Of a stretch of DNA of 64,000 nt, positions 53,323 through 62,880 are shown in pieces (within the stretch, counting starts at the first letter, position 1; each line of letters opens with the position of its first letter). A program made the translations under genes and the position numbers. Below the pieces are notes generated by a model. It was not told the DNA's origin and ran no database searches. It saw nothing but the letters and a program-made list of their open reading frames with translations. Source of the stretch: Polyangia bacterium (GTDB lineage: Bacteria; Myxococcota_A; Polyangia; Polyangiales; JAUICN01); assembly GCA_030427835.1 (NCBI GenBank), contig JAUICN010000001.1:81929-145928 (forward strand), written 5' to 3'.

Positions 53323-54732
53323 TCAGGGGGCACGGGTTACCTCCTGGGGCTCCTGGACTGGTTCTACGGAGGCCGGCTCGGGCACGCGGTAGCCATTATC
53401 TTTCCAGGCCCAGAAGGATTGCTGGGCCTGTTCGGAACGCTTTTCCTGCCGGCGAAGCTTGCGTCCCTTGCGCGGGCCACGGACAGGTTTTTCCAGCGGT
53501 GGGAACATGCTCCACAGAACGTTGGAGGGTTGAAAGTCCTTCCGTGGGGTGTGTACGTAGCGAACTAGGGCACCGAGGGCTGTGTCTTCAGGTGGTATTT
53601 CAAAGACAACGTCGGTGGCATGTTGGGCCGCGAGCAGGCGACCCAACACCAAGCCACAGGCCGCACTTTCCACGTACCCTTCCACGCCCGAGATTTGGCC
53701 TGCCAGGTGCACGCCCGGTGCGTTCTTGAGCTCCAGCCAGGATTGCAATACCTCGGGGCCATTGACGAACGTGTTGCGGTGCACGGTGCCGAGACGGGCA
53801 AACTCCACGTTTTCAAGGCCTGGGATCATTCGAAATACGCGCTTCTGTTCGGGCCATGTCATGCGGGTTTGAAAGCCCACCAGGTTGTAGTGGGTGGCCT
53901 CTGCATTTTCCTGCCTGAGCTGAACCACCGCGTGGGACTGTTCGCCCGTGCGCGGATCCACAAGCCCCACGGGTTTCATGCCTCCGTGGGCCAGGGTCTC
54001 CACACCCCGTTCGGCCATGACCTCGATGGGCAAGCAACCCTCAAAGTACTTGGCCTTTTCAAACGCCTTGGGTTGCACCTTTTCGGCGTCGAGGATGGCC
54101 TGGATGAACGCGTGGTAGGTGGTTTCGTCCATGGGGCAATTGAGGTAGTCGTCCCCATCGCCCTTGCCGTAGCGGGAGGCCCGGAACACTTTGTCAAAGT
54201 CGATGCTGTCGGCAAGTACCACGGGTGCAATGGCGTCGTAGTAGGCCAGGTGTTCGCCCACGTGTTGTTGCAAATCCGCCGCGAGCCCGTCACCCGTGAG
54301 CGGCCCCGTGGCGATGACCAGCGGCCGCGCGTCAGGAATTTTCTCCACGCACTGCGCCACTCGAGTGATTCGAGGATGGGCGTCAATACGTTCTGTGATT
54401 TCGGTGCTGAACCTGTCCCGGTCCACCGCCAGTGCACCCCCGGCGGGCACGGCGTGGGTGTCCGCGGATTGAATGATGAGAGAACCCAGCTCACGCATTT
54501 CATGTTTGAGCAGGCCTACCGCGTTGGTCATGGCTGCGCCCCGAAGGGAGTTGGAGCACACCAGTTCCGCCAGATAGTCCTGACTTTGGGCGGGGGTTCG
54601 GCGCTCCGGCTTTTGCTCGATGAGCGTGACGTCCACGCCCTGTTCGGCCAGCTGCCAAGCACATTCGGTACCCGCAAGGCCCGCTCCGATGATCGTTACA
54701 TGGGACATGAGCCCAGGGGTGTAGCAGGTCAC
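53323..54732 (-). CDS. trmFO: methylenetetrahydrofolate--tRNA-(uracil54-C5)-methyltransferase TrmFO
   Basis: VTIIGAGLAGTECAWQLA (FAD fold), ELVCSNSLR, GGALAVDR, LVIATGPLT, FAGQISGVEGYVESAA (as LAGQ...). About 460 aa. Confidence 0.9.
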   Translation of the reverse strand: MTCYTPGLMSHVTIIGAGLAGTECAWQLAEQGVDVTLIEQKPERRTPAQSQDYLAELVCSNSLRGAAMTNAVGLLKHEMRELGSLIIQSADTHAVPAGGALAVDRDRFSTEITERIDAHPRITRVAQCVEKIPDARPLVIATGPLTGDGLAADLQQHVGEHLAYYDAIAPVVLADSIDFDKVFRASRYGKGDGDDYLNCPMDETTYHAFIQAILDAEKVQPKAFEKAKYFEGCLPIEVMAERGVETLAHGGMKPVGLVDPRTGEQSHAVVQLRQENAEATHYNLVGFQTRMTWPEQKRVFRMIPGLENVEFARLGTVHRNTFVNGPEVLQSWLELKNAPGVHLAGQISGVEGYVESAACGLVLGRLLAAQHATDVVFEIPPEDTALGALVRYVHTPRKDFQPSNVLWSMFPPLEKPVRGPRKGRKLRRQEKRSEQAQQSFWAWKDNGYRVPEPASVEPVQEPQEVTRAP

Positions 54733-55610
54733 CGCAGGGAGTACCTCCCGCCGGGGTGTTCTGCGGCGATGCCATCCAGCAGGGCTTGAAAGACCTGGGT
54801 CTGCACGTCTGGTAGGGGAACTTCGCTTTCGTGGGCCAGCTGTTCCAGGGTGCGGGGAGCGTGGGTGAGGAAGGGGTGGATTTCGGGCGGGGGTGCGGGC
54901 CTGGGCAGTGCCGGATCGCTCAGGTTGAGCTGGGCGGGGCCAAGAAGATCCAGCTGCTGGAGAATCTCATCCGCCCCGAAGCAAACCCGAGCGCCCTTCT
55001 TTAGCAACTGATTGCAACCCCTGTGCCGTGGATCCTGGGGGCGCCCGGGCGTGGCAAAGACTGGCTTGCCGAGTTCCTGCGCCCGTCGGGCCGTGGCCAT
55101 GGCCCCGGATCGGGCGGGTGCCTGGGCCACGACCACGATGTCCGACAACAGCGCGATGATACGGTTGCGCTCCAGGAACTTCCACGCAGCCGGCGCGAAG
55201 GTGGGATCGTATTCGCTGATGATAAAACCGTTCTCCTGCACCTGACTGAACAACTGGGCCTGGCTTTCTGGGGTGGGGAAATCCACACCCGCCGCGCTGA
55301 CTAGCCAGGTAACGCCACCCGCCTGGAGCGCGCCCTCGTGGGCGGCGGTGTCGATGCCACGCGCCCCTCCGGAAACCACGACCACACCAAGGCTGGCAAG
55401 GTGCCCCGCAAGCTCACGGGTCCATGCAAGCGCATTGTCATCCGCCGCCCGCGTGCCCACGATTCCTACTTTTGGGCTCCCGGCCCAGGTCTGGAGGTCA
55501 GACTCCCCCTTGAACCACAGTGAATCGGGCAGCGACCAGTTCAGGTCCATTTCCATTACCGTGGGGAACTGAGGGCAGCAGCGAGCAAGCGGAACGGATA
55601 GTACAGCCAT
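54729..55610 (-). CDS. dprA: DNA-processing protein DprA/Smf
   Basis: VGIVGTRAADDNALAWTRELAGHLASLGVVVVSGGARGIDTAAHEGAL. VVVAQAPARSGAMATARRAQELGKPVFATPG. The stop overlaps the trmFO start by 4 nt. Confidence 0.85.
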   Translation of the reverse strand: MAVLSVPLARCCPQFPTVMEMDLNWSLPDSLWFKGESDLQTWAGSPKVGIVGTRAADDNALAWTRELAGHLASLGVVVVSGGARGIDTAAHEGALQAGGVTWLVSAAGVDFPTPESQAQLFSQVQENGFIISEYDPTFAPAAWKFLERNRIIALLSDIVVVAQAPARSGAMATARRAQELGKPVFATPGRPQDPRHRGCNQLLKKGARVCFGADEILQQLDLLGPAQLNLSDPALPRPAPPPEIHPFLTHAPRTLEQLAHESEVPLPDVQTQVFQALLDGIAAEHPGGRYSLR

Positions 55611-55651
55611 GCCCCCTTATCGGACAGAGCTGCCTTAAGTTGCGGACGAAT

Positions 55652-57259
55652 CTAAAAATCGACTTCGTTGACGTTGAGCTTCTTGCCGAGGTCGCGGTAG
55701 CGTTCGCGAAGGGTTTCGGACTGCTCGGCAGTCAAACCCGTGGAAAGTTTATCGGCCCAAAGGGTCTTGAGGTTGGGAAAGTTCTGTGGGGTCACGTAAC
55801 GCAGCAAACCGCTGGGAGTAACACGGGTGCCAGAAACAGACAGGTCCTCAAGTTTCTTTAGCTTGAGAAAACTCCCAAGCGCTGCATTGGTGACATTCAG
55901 TCGTTCGCCCCACGAGTAGAGTTGTAGATTTTTAAGATTTGGGAACGTGCGCGCTACCACCCGGGCGGTGGCATCGGTCAGTCTTTCGTTGTTGTAGATG
56001 GATAGAAAAGTAAGTTCCTCGGGGGCAGGCATGGTTGCAAACGCCCCTGCGTCTGCATCCGTCAGCCCGGTACCGTTGAGGGACAACCTGGACACGCGCA
56101 AGTGGAGTGCCAGCTGCACGAACTCGCCTGGGGCAAACTTGGTATTATTGACCTTTAGGGTCTTCAGGGGAAGCCTGCCAAGCTCGATACCGGACCCCTG
56201 GGGTAGGAAGCCTTGTGGGGGCAGGACGCCGCCGGAAATGGAACCTCGCTCGATGTGGAGCTCCTCCACTCGGGGGTGGTAGCGCACGAAGGCACGGACC
56301 CCTTCGGGAGACCAGTTGGGGTGAACCACGTAAACCTCACGCACGCTGGTGAGTGCTGCGGTCAACACCAGGGACTTGTCGGTGCCACCCTCCCGGGTTT
56401 CCCCTGCAATCTGGATGAAGGGTGGTCTTGCACTGGAACCATCATCTACGTTTAGATCCAACAATGTCTGCACACTTGCCTTGTGCGGTGCGGAAAGCAC
56501 CGCTGGGCCTGCGGCACATCGTAGCGCGGCCGCACAGCCGCGGATACGCAGCATGGGCCATTCGCCGCCCATCTGCCGCTTTTGCCCAAGGAACTCAAAC
56601 GACGCCCAATCGCGAACCCCAACGGAACGCTGAATATGCCCGTTTGCGCGATCCACAGTTTCCACGAGATACCGAAAGGCCAGTGCCAACCGCCCTACGC
56701 CTGCAAAGATCACGTCCACCACCTCGTTGGCAATCGGGTGGCCCTCAAGCGGTGCGACTTTGACCTGAATAGGAAGGCGTGCCGGATCACTCAGGTTGAA
56801 TGCCGTGGTTCTCTCTTCGGCAGTCCCCACAAAGGAATCCCGCCCTTGTGCCCAATAGATTTCCTCATGTTTTCCCTTGCCCTGAACAGGTACAAGCTCG
56901 GGAGCAGATTCCACATACTGATTCAGTACCTCCACTAACCCGCTATTGGAACTTGCGAGACTCTCCCGAATTTCGGCTGCCACCGTCTGGCCCCGATGGT
57001 GGTTGAACTGCAAGGGGATGGACCCAAGAAGGGTGCGGCTGTGCTCCGCTTGCTGCAGGCCACTGGTCACCAGGCGCTTGAGCTCGTTGGCCAGGGGCGT
57101 AGCGAAGTTCTGGACCTCACCAGGAATCGGTTGGGCGGCGCCAGTTTTGGGGGAAGACGACTTCGACTGCGGAGCCTCTAACTCGGCCATGGTGCACGCG
57201 CTTAAACTAAACAGGAGCGCGGCGACGGGAAAGGATCGTATGGGATTGAGTGTTTTCAT
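55652..57259 (-). CDS. lipoprotein with an unknown N-terminal domain and C-terminal RNI/F-box-type leucine-rich repeats (paralog A)
   Basis: Lipobox LLFSLSAC. LRR units such as LKTLKVNNTKF, LSLNGTGLTDADAGAFA, LTFLSIYNNERLTDATARVVARTFPNLKNLQLYS, LEDLSVSGTRVT. Shares long blocks with the next gene. Confidence 0.7.
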   Translation of the reverse strand: MKTLNPIRSFPVAALLFSLSACTMAELEAPQSKSSSPKTGAAQPIPGEVQNFATPLANELKRLVTSGLQQAEHSRTLLGSIPLQFNHHRGQTVAAEIRESLASSNSGLVEVLNQYVESAPELVPVQGKGKHEEIYWAQGRDSFVGTAEERTTAFNLSDPARLPIQVKVAPLEGHPIANEVVDVIFAGVGRLALAFRYLVETVDRANGHIQRSVGVRDWASFEFLGQKRQMGGEWPMLRIRGCAAALRCAAGPAVLSAPHKASVQTLLDLNVDDGSSARPPFIQIAGETREGGTDKSLVLTAALTSVREVYVVHPNWSPEGVRAFVRYHPRVEELHIERGSISGGVLPPQGFLPQGSGIELGRLPLKTLKVNNTKFAPGEFVQLALHLRVSRLSLNGTGLTDADAGAFATMPAPEELTFLSIYNNERLTDATARVVARTFPNLKNLQLYSWGERLNVTNAALGSFLKLKKLEDLSVSGTRVTPSGLLRYVTPQNFPNLKTLWADKLSTGLTAEQSETLRERYRDLGKKLNVNEVDF

Positions 57260-57386
57260 GCGCGTTGGGGCTTGGGGTGGGTGGGGTCTACAGGACCCTG
57301 GAGTGAAGGTTCGTGAGTGGCTTGAGCAACCATTGTGCCAGCCATACTGCGCCGGCAGGTTGGCAGGTTGGCAGGTTGAAACCTTC

Positions 57387-59045
57387 TCAGTTTTTCCGCA
57401 TTTCTTCCATTTCTTCTGTCAGGTTGCTGCCGTTGATGTCGAGCTTTTCGCCCCGGTCGTTGAGTGGGAACTGCGCGCGAATGGCGTCCCGTTGCTCCCT
57501 GGTGAGCTCTACGGGCAGGTCGTCAGCCCACAGTTCTTGGAGCTTGGGAAAGTTCTCCGGAGTGATGGATTGACCCAGTCCACCGGGGGTGACTTGGGTG
57601 TTGGAAATGGAGAGCGTTTCGAGCTCGCGAAGATTTTCAGCGATCACGGCAAGGCCCTTGTTGTCTATGGCGAGCCTTTGGTTGGCGTAGAGGCTCAGTA
57701 CCTGCAGGTTCGGAAAGTGCCTGGCGACAACACGCACCGTGGCGTTCGTAAGGTTGGGATTGTGGCCTAGCCGCAGTGTGATGAGCTTCTCGGGGTTGGG
57801 CAGATTCGACAATGCACTGGCGTCCACGTCGGTGAGCCCAACACCGGAAAGAACCAGCACCTCCAATGCGTCAAGGCCGGGCACCATGTGAGCAAGCTCG
57901 CCACGAGGAACCGCGATCTTCTGGAGTACCAAAGCCCTTAGGGGAAGCTTTGCGATTTCCAGCCCACCAAGTTTGGGGAACTGACCGTCAGGGAGAAGAA
58001 CGCCCCTGTCGAAAGCACCCGCCTCGATCTCCACCTCCAGCAGTTGGGGGTGGTACCGCACGAACGCCTTTACCCCGGCGAGCGACCAGTTGGGGTGAAC
58101 CACATCGGCGCCCTTGGCGTAGGTAAGTGCAGCGCTCAGGGCCAATGATTTTTCTGTGCCCCCTTCACTTGTTGGACCGATCACCCAAAGAAAAGGTGAC
58201 CTGCTGTCTGGATCGTAGGTTTCATGGAATCTGCCCACGTCCAAGAGGGTGGGCAGGGTAAACCCGTGGGGCACATCGATCGTTGCCGTACCCGCGGCGC
58301 AGGCGAGCGCCGCCGCACAACCACGGATTCGTAGTTTGGGCCACTGACCGGTTTTGTGGCCCATTTCTCCAAGGAACTCGAGTGTCGCCCAATCACGGGT
58401 GCTTACAGAATAGGGCGTTTTTGAATCAGATCTGGCCCTCACGTCCACCATGGCCCTGAACGCAAGGCCAAGCCGGCCCACTCCCTTGAAGATCACGTCC
58501 ACAAGTTCGGTCGCCACTGGGTGGCCTTTGAGGTGCGCGACTCTCACTTCGAAGTCGTACTTGGAGCCCCCTGCGAACCCGGATTCGCCGCGCTTGGCAT
58601 CGCCGGTGAATACGTCTCGCGCTTCCTTCCAGTAGATATCGTCGTTGACCCCCTTTCCTTCCATGGGGACCGCAAAAGGAGCTCTTCGTACGTATCCGCC
58701 CAGCGCTTGGGCAAGCTCACCCCCACGACCGAGCTGTTCTTCAATGGCCTTACGGATTTCACCTACTCGAGCGAAATCCAGATGCCCTGAGGTTGGGCTG
58801 AACGACGTTCGCGAGGATTCAGCGCGCTGCATACCCCGGGTGATGAGTGGCGTGAGCCCGTTGGCCAACGGGGTGGCGAAGTTTACTACCTCGTCGGCGA
58901 TGGGCTGGGAGGACTTGGGCCCCCCTGGCCCGGGCTCCATCACCGCAGTGCAAGCCCCAACAAGTAGAGAAAAGACCACGCAATGGGCGCGGCAGAGAAC
59001 ATGTCGAATAGGGAGTTGTGTGATTTGGGAGTGCATGGCCTTCAC
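57387..59045 (-). CDS. lipoprotein with an unknown N-terminal domain and C-terminal RNI/F-box-type leucine-rich repeats (paralog B)
   Basis: Lipobox SLLVGAC. LRR units LEVLVLSGVGLTDVDASALSNL, LITLRLGHNPNLTNATVRVVARHFPNLQVLSLYAN, LETLSISNTQVT. Blocks shared with paralog A: NFATPLAN, VDVIF.GVGRL.LAFR, LRIRGCAAAL.CAAG, VVHPNWS. Confidence 0.7.
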   Translation of the reverse strand: MKAMHSQITQLPIRHVLCRAHCVVFSLLVGACTAVMEPGPGGPKSSQPIADEVVNFATPLANGLTPLITRGMQRAESSRTSFSPTSGHLDFARVGEIRKAIEEQLGRGGELAQALGGYVRRAPFAVPMEGKGVNDDIYWKEARDVFTGDAKRGESGFAGGSKYDFEVRVAHLKGHPVATELVDVIFKGVGRLGLAFRAMVDVRARSDSKTPYSVSTRDWATLEFLGEMGHKTGQWPKLRIRGCAAALACAAGTATIDVPHGFTLPTLLDVGRFHETYDPDSRSPFLWVIGPTSEGGTEKSLALSAALTYAKGADVVHPNWSLAGVKAFVRYHPQLLEVEIEAGAFDRGVLLPDGQFPKLGGLEIAKLPLRALVLQKIAVPRGELAHMVPGLDALEVLVLSGVGLTDVDASALSNLPNPEKLITLRLGHNPNLTNATVRVVARHFPNLQVLSLYANQRLAIDNKGLAVIAENLRELETLSISNTQVTPGGLGQSITPENFPKLQELWADDLPVELTREQRDAIRAQFPLNDRGEKLDINGSNLTEEMEEMRKN

Positions 59046-59125
59046 CTCGCAGTGGCTGAGTGCGGTCGATTGTGAGTATCCTTCGCAAAAGGCGTGCCTG
59101 CTGGGAATTCCGAAGAACCACGAAA

Positions 59126-59152
59126 ACGGGCGGCCCTTGTGGGGTCGCCCGT
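59126..59152 (-). terminator. candidate rho-independent terminator after the nuclease-like gene
   Basis: The minus strand reads ACGGGCG-ACCCCACAAGGGC-CGCCCGT followed by TTTCGTGG. The stem is 7 bp and GC-rich, and the T tract is short. It lies between the stop at 59312 and the next start at 59045. Confidence 0.4.
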
Positions 59153-59311
59153 GAAAAAATGGCGGGATGTTCCTTACGAATCCTGGTGGATGGCTACCGT
59201 AGCCGCTCTCCTGGGGGGTCCGAGTCTTCGCGATGAAGAATCGGGTGGAGAGTGACCCCGTTCCCTACCGGGTGGAACACCGCCGCTTGGGGGCCGTTTA
59301 TTCCCCAGGGT

Positions 59312-59878
59312 TTAGGAGCCGTCAAGGAAAATGTGTCGGGCGAGGGCAATGCCCAGGGCGCCACCGAAGGCCGCAGCCATGGCCCAGCGGGTGAGTGAGG
59401 GCCCCCAGGCGTGGCGGTTGAGGGCCGTGCCGGGCACCCGTGGGAAGCGTACTTCCAGGATGTTTTCCCGCTCCATGTCCACAAGTAGCGCGCCATGCAC
59501 GGGGAAGGCCAGGCGGTATTCCAACAGCTGTCGGCGGGTATCCCGGTGGCTTGCCCGGGTCACCTTGCCGCTTTTGACTTCGGCCACAAAACGTTTGCGA
59601 CCGAGCCGCACCAGGTAGTCTGCCCGGATCTCCGCATCCACCGGAGAGCCATTGACCGTCATGGGCCACTGGGCCGTGGGTTGAATGGCTTCCACGGAAA
59701 AGCCCTCCGCTTCCAGAAGAGCCAGCGCCCGCTGCTCTGCCGCACGGCCCTGGGCACGCACGCGGGCCATGCGTGATCTCCGTAGCCCACGCTGCACGGT
59801 TGCTACCAACCAAAGGGCAAGCAAGGCACCGATCAATGCGCCGCTGATGAGCCAGGGCGCGTTTTCTTCAAGGCTCAT
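59312..59878 (-). CDS. membrane-anchored PD-(D/E)xK nuclease-fold-like protein
   Basis: Start set at MSLEENAPW. N-terminal TM WLISGALIGALLALWLVATV. Core ALALLEAEGFSVE...EIRADYLVRLGRKRFVAEVKSGK fits an E...D...ExK arrangement. C-terminal TM WAMAAAFGGALGIALARHIF. Confidence 0.45.
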   Translation of the reverse strand: MSLEENAPWLISGALIGALLALWLVATVQRGLRRSRMARVRAQGRAAEQRALALLEAEGFSVEAIQPTAQWPMTVNGSPVDAEIRADYLVRLGRKRFVAEVKSGKVTRASHRDTRRQLLEYRLAFPVHGALLVDMERENILEVRFPRVPGTALNRHAWGPSLTRWAMAAAFGGALGIALARHIFLDGS

Positions 59879-59925
59879 GGGCCCTGAGGCTACCACCCGA
59901 GCGCCCTCTCGGTCGAAATGCAGAC

Positions 59926-60276
59926 CTAATAGGAGGCGGGTGCGCGCCAGCGGCTGATTGTGCGGGGCCAGGAGGGCGGTTGGGACTTGGTGGCCCGATT
60001 GCGCAGGGTGCGCATGAGGTCGTGGGCTGTTTTGTGGACCCAGGCGGGGGGCTCCGACTCGGACCAGGGCGACCATTGCTCCGCAGGTCCCTTGGATGGT
60101 CCCCGGGCTGGTCCCTGGGATGACTCGGTTGACGCCTGGGTTAGACCATAGGTGATGGTGGCCGACCAGGTGTGGTCAGAATCCTTGACCACAAGGGTGT
60201 AGGTCACCTGTTGTTCTGTTGCCTGCTCCCGCTCAAAGTGAAAACGGGCACCCTGTTCTGGAGTGTGTACGTTCAC
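59926..60276 (-). CDS. hypothetical protein (116 aa)
   Basis: The ATG overlaps the stop of the upstream L,D-transpeptidase gene (4-nt overlap). The first 50 aa look like beta strands (RFHFEREQATEQQVTYTLVVKDSDHTWSATITYGL). The rest is low-complexity. Confidence 0.35.
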   Translation of the reverse strand: MNVHTPEQGARFHFEREQATEQQVTYTLVVKDSDHTWSATITYGLTQASTESSQGPARGPSKGPAEQWSPWSESEPPAWVHKTAHDLMRTLRNRATKSQPPSWPRTISRWRAPASY

Positions 60277-62579
60277 GGGCTGGGCCGGGGGGCCGTTGTG
60301 GGGGTTGGCCGTACCGGTGGGGGGGTTGCGGGCCGTGCCGGGGTGGGCCGTGCTGAGATGGCCGGTGCCGAGGCAGGTGAAGTTGGTTTGGGCGCGGGCT
60401 TTGGAACAGCGGCGTCCCCACTTCCAGGTGGCGGCGGCGGCGTGGCCGAAAGGCCCCGTGTGGGGGGCGGAGGAGCTGGCGGAACGCCACCGTCTGGAAA
60501 GCCACCGTCGGGCGCCCAGGGAACGGGTGTAAACGTACCTGTACGGTGGACTTCCACCGCTCCACCGTCGGGAAGAAAGTAGGCACCCCGTTCTTCGTCG
60601 TACTGGGGAATGGGGTGGGTGATGGGCGTGGGCTGCCGACCGCGGATGCGCCCCTCGGTCACTGTGACCTCCACCGGTTTGGTCAGGCTAAAAATGTAAC
60701 CGCCGTTGGTGAGTTTGAAATGGTATTGCTCTCCGTCGTATTCGAAGAACCGCTCGAACGCGAGCTGCTGCTGGCCTTCGCGTACGTGGGGGCGGTGATT
60801 CAGTACAAACGTCATGAGGCGCACGGCGATGTGGTTGTGCAGGCGGTGACAACCGTGGGAATGGCGCCGCATAATGCTCATGTAGTCCACGGAACCGTGG
60901 CTGCGGATCCCCTCATCACCCCAGAACTTGTAGGTGCCGTCGGATCGGCGGGAGTACTTCTTGTGGTAGGCCGCCACGAGCCCGTAGGCCGAGGCGTAGC
61001 TGGGGCCCATCTCGTGGTAGTTGATGCTGTATTTCCCCTTCTCACCCACCCGTCGGCTGAGCAACCCACGGGGGGGAGTGCCCTCGGGCGGCAACCACAC
61101 GGGGGACGCCACCACCTGGCTCCATACCCGGTCGCCCGTGGGGGAGTTCTTGTACTTCCACATCACGCGGCCATCCACGAACTCCTTGCGCCAGCCGCCG
61201 ATGGTGGTGCCAAAGCGTGCCAGGGGAATGGACTTGCCGCGGTAGCGCGTAAGAATGGTGAAGTGGGGGCGACGCTCCACGGGTTGGTTGCGCTCGCGAC
61301 CTTCGCCGTCGTAAGGGAACTCATACCAGACGTCACCCCGGTCGATACGCACGTGGAGATCCATGTCTCCGTTGTAATACTCGGGGAGGCTGGGCGCGCG
61401 AATGGCGATCCAACGGTGGCCTGACAACTCCGGCCATTGATCAAGAAATGCCTGGGTGTGCTCCGTGGTCTCAATTCCTAGGGCGGCCACGAGGGTTTCC
61501 TGGATCTCATCGACCATATTCCGGATGGGGTGATCCTGGCCATCCGCACCCTTGTAAGTACGGGCCTTGTCTCGAAACATGGATGTGGAGCCATCCTCAA
61601 CAACCCCTGCGGCCAGCACGGCGCGTTCCGTGAGAATACGGAGAATGGAGAGGCGTTCGTTTTCCAGGGGTGAGACGCGCAGCGCCTGCAAGGTGTCACC
61701 CCCGATGACGCCCCAGCCGTAGACTCGATTGCGCCGCTCAAACTCGGCCACGGCTTCGTGGGTGGCCCAATCCATGGCACCGCGCTTGTACTTGCCCTTG
61801 CCCTTAAAGTACCCCGTGCACTTTAACCGTTTTTGTGCCGCTCGAATGGCGCGTGTCTGGGGCCCAAAGCGACGGTAGTCCCGCAACCTCATCGTGTCTT
61901 TTGGGCTGAGGGATGCTTCGTCGAGTTCCTCCACGCTCGTGAGTTTCTTTTGATTCAGCAACCGGTTGATTTGGCTTTCCGTCACGTCGTAGCGGGAGGC
62001 GTGTTTGCGACCCACGGCGTTGGATTGGTACCCCACGTGCCCGTCAAACACCTCCAGCGGTGCGTAGTTCAACGTTTCTACGCATGTGAGCTCTTGTACT
62101 TTCTTGAATCGACGCTTGAGTACGGAGAGGGTGGGTGGAATTCCGTAGAGCTCTAGGTATTTGTCCACCTCCGCCCGGCGACCATGGTGGTCGTCTGGAA
62201 ACCTTTCCTGGGCCAGGGCCAGGTAGGTTTTGCGGTAGGCGTTGGGCTTGGGTTCCGGATCCCCTGGGCCCTGTTCGGTGAAGAGGTACGGGGTCCAGTC
62301 GTCCCCAAGATCCAGTAGTAGGTACCCCTGCCTGTGTGCCTCAGCGCGCTCGACCTGGCCGGTAACCTTGCCGTTTTCCCAAATGTCCACCGGATCCACC
62401 AGGGGCTTGGGAACGGCGGGTGTGGGCTGCTCCGGTGAAACGGTCGGTGTTTGGGGCGCCAGCCCATCCGGGGAGGAGGGTGTGTCGTCGTCACAGGCCA
62501 GCGCGGGCACCAGGGCGGCCACAAGCAGTATCTTGGCAAGAAAAGGAGAGGAACTTCGATGGGCAGATGGATCGTGCAT
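60273..62579 (-). CDS. large L,D-transpeptidase (YcbB/LdtD-like) lipoprotein with a Pro-rich C-terminal tail
   Basis: Start set at MHDPSAHRSSSPFLAKILLVAALVPALAC (lipobox). PG-binding-like segment: AIRAAQKRLKCTGYF...MDWATHEAVAEFERRNRVYGWGVIGGDTLQAL. YkuD catalytic motif: IRSHGSVDYMSIMRRHSHGCHRLHN. Tail: PPAPPPPTRGLSATPPPPPGSG... Confidence 0.75.
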   Translation of the reverse strand: MHDPSAHRSSSPFLAKILLVAALVPALACDDDTPSSPDGLAPQTPTVSPEQPTPAVPKPLVDPVDIWENGKVTGQVERAEAHRQGYLLLDLGDDWTPYLFTEQGPGDPEPKPNAYRKTYLALAQERFPDDHHGRRAEVDKYLELYGIPPTLSVLKRRFKKVQELTCVETLNYAPLEVFDGHVGYQSNAVGRKHASRYDVTESQINRLLNQKKLTSVEELDEASLSPKDTMRLRDYRRFGPQTRAIRAAQKRLKCTGYFKGKGKYKRGAMDWATHEAVAEFERRNRVYGWGVIGGDTLQALRVSPLENERLSILRILTERAVLAAGVVEDGSTSMFRDKARTYKGADGQDHPIRNMVDEIQETLVAALGIETTEHTQAFLDQWPELSGHRWIAIRAPSLPEYYNGDMDLHVRIDRGDVWYEFPYDGEGRERNQPVERRPHFTILTRYRGKSIPLARFGTTIGGWRKEFVDGRVMWKYKNSPTGDRVWSQVVASPVWLPPEGTPPRGLLSRRVGEKGKYSINYHEMGPSYASAYGLVAAYHKKYSRRSDGTYKFWGDEGIRSHGSVDYMSIMRRHSHGCHRLHNHIAVRLMTFVLNHRPHVREGQQQLAFERFFEYDGEQYHFKLTNGGYIFSLTKPVEVTVTEGRIRGRQPTPITHPIPQYDEERGAYFLPDGGAVEVHRTGTFTPVPWAPDGGFPDGGVPPAPPPPTRGLSATPPPPPGSGDAAVPKPAPKPTSPASAPAISARPTPARPATPPPVRPTPTTAPRPSP

Positions 62580-62880
62580 GAAAAGCGAATCTAGGGCTGT
62601 GGACCTGTCATGGGTACGGTGGTTCACTGGAGTGGGTTTCCGGGTTGCCCCAATATGGGAGCAAAGTCCGGGCCACGCCAAAAAATGCATTGAATCGTCG
62701 TGATTGAAGTCTCGCGCCAGATCGTTGCGTGGGCGGTGGTCCTCGGGTTGTGTCCGCCGGGACACAGGGATCGGGGCCCCTGGATGGCGGATTGACCGGG
62801 CATGGAGGGGCGGCAAGGCTTCGCGTTTATTTTGGGCCACAGTTGTTTGGGCCGCAATATTTCTAGGACAGGGTAGTGGG

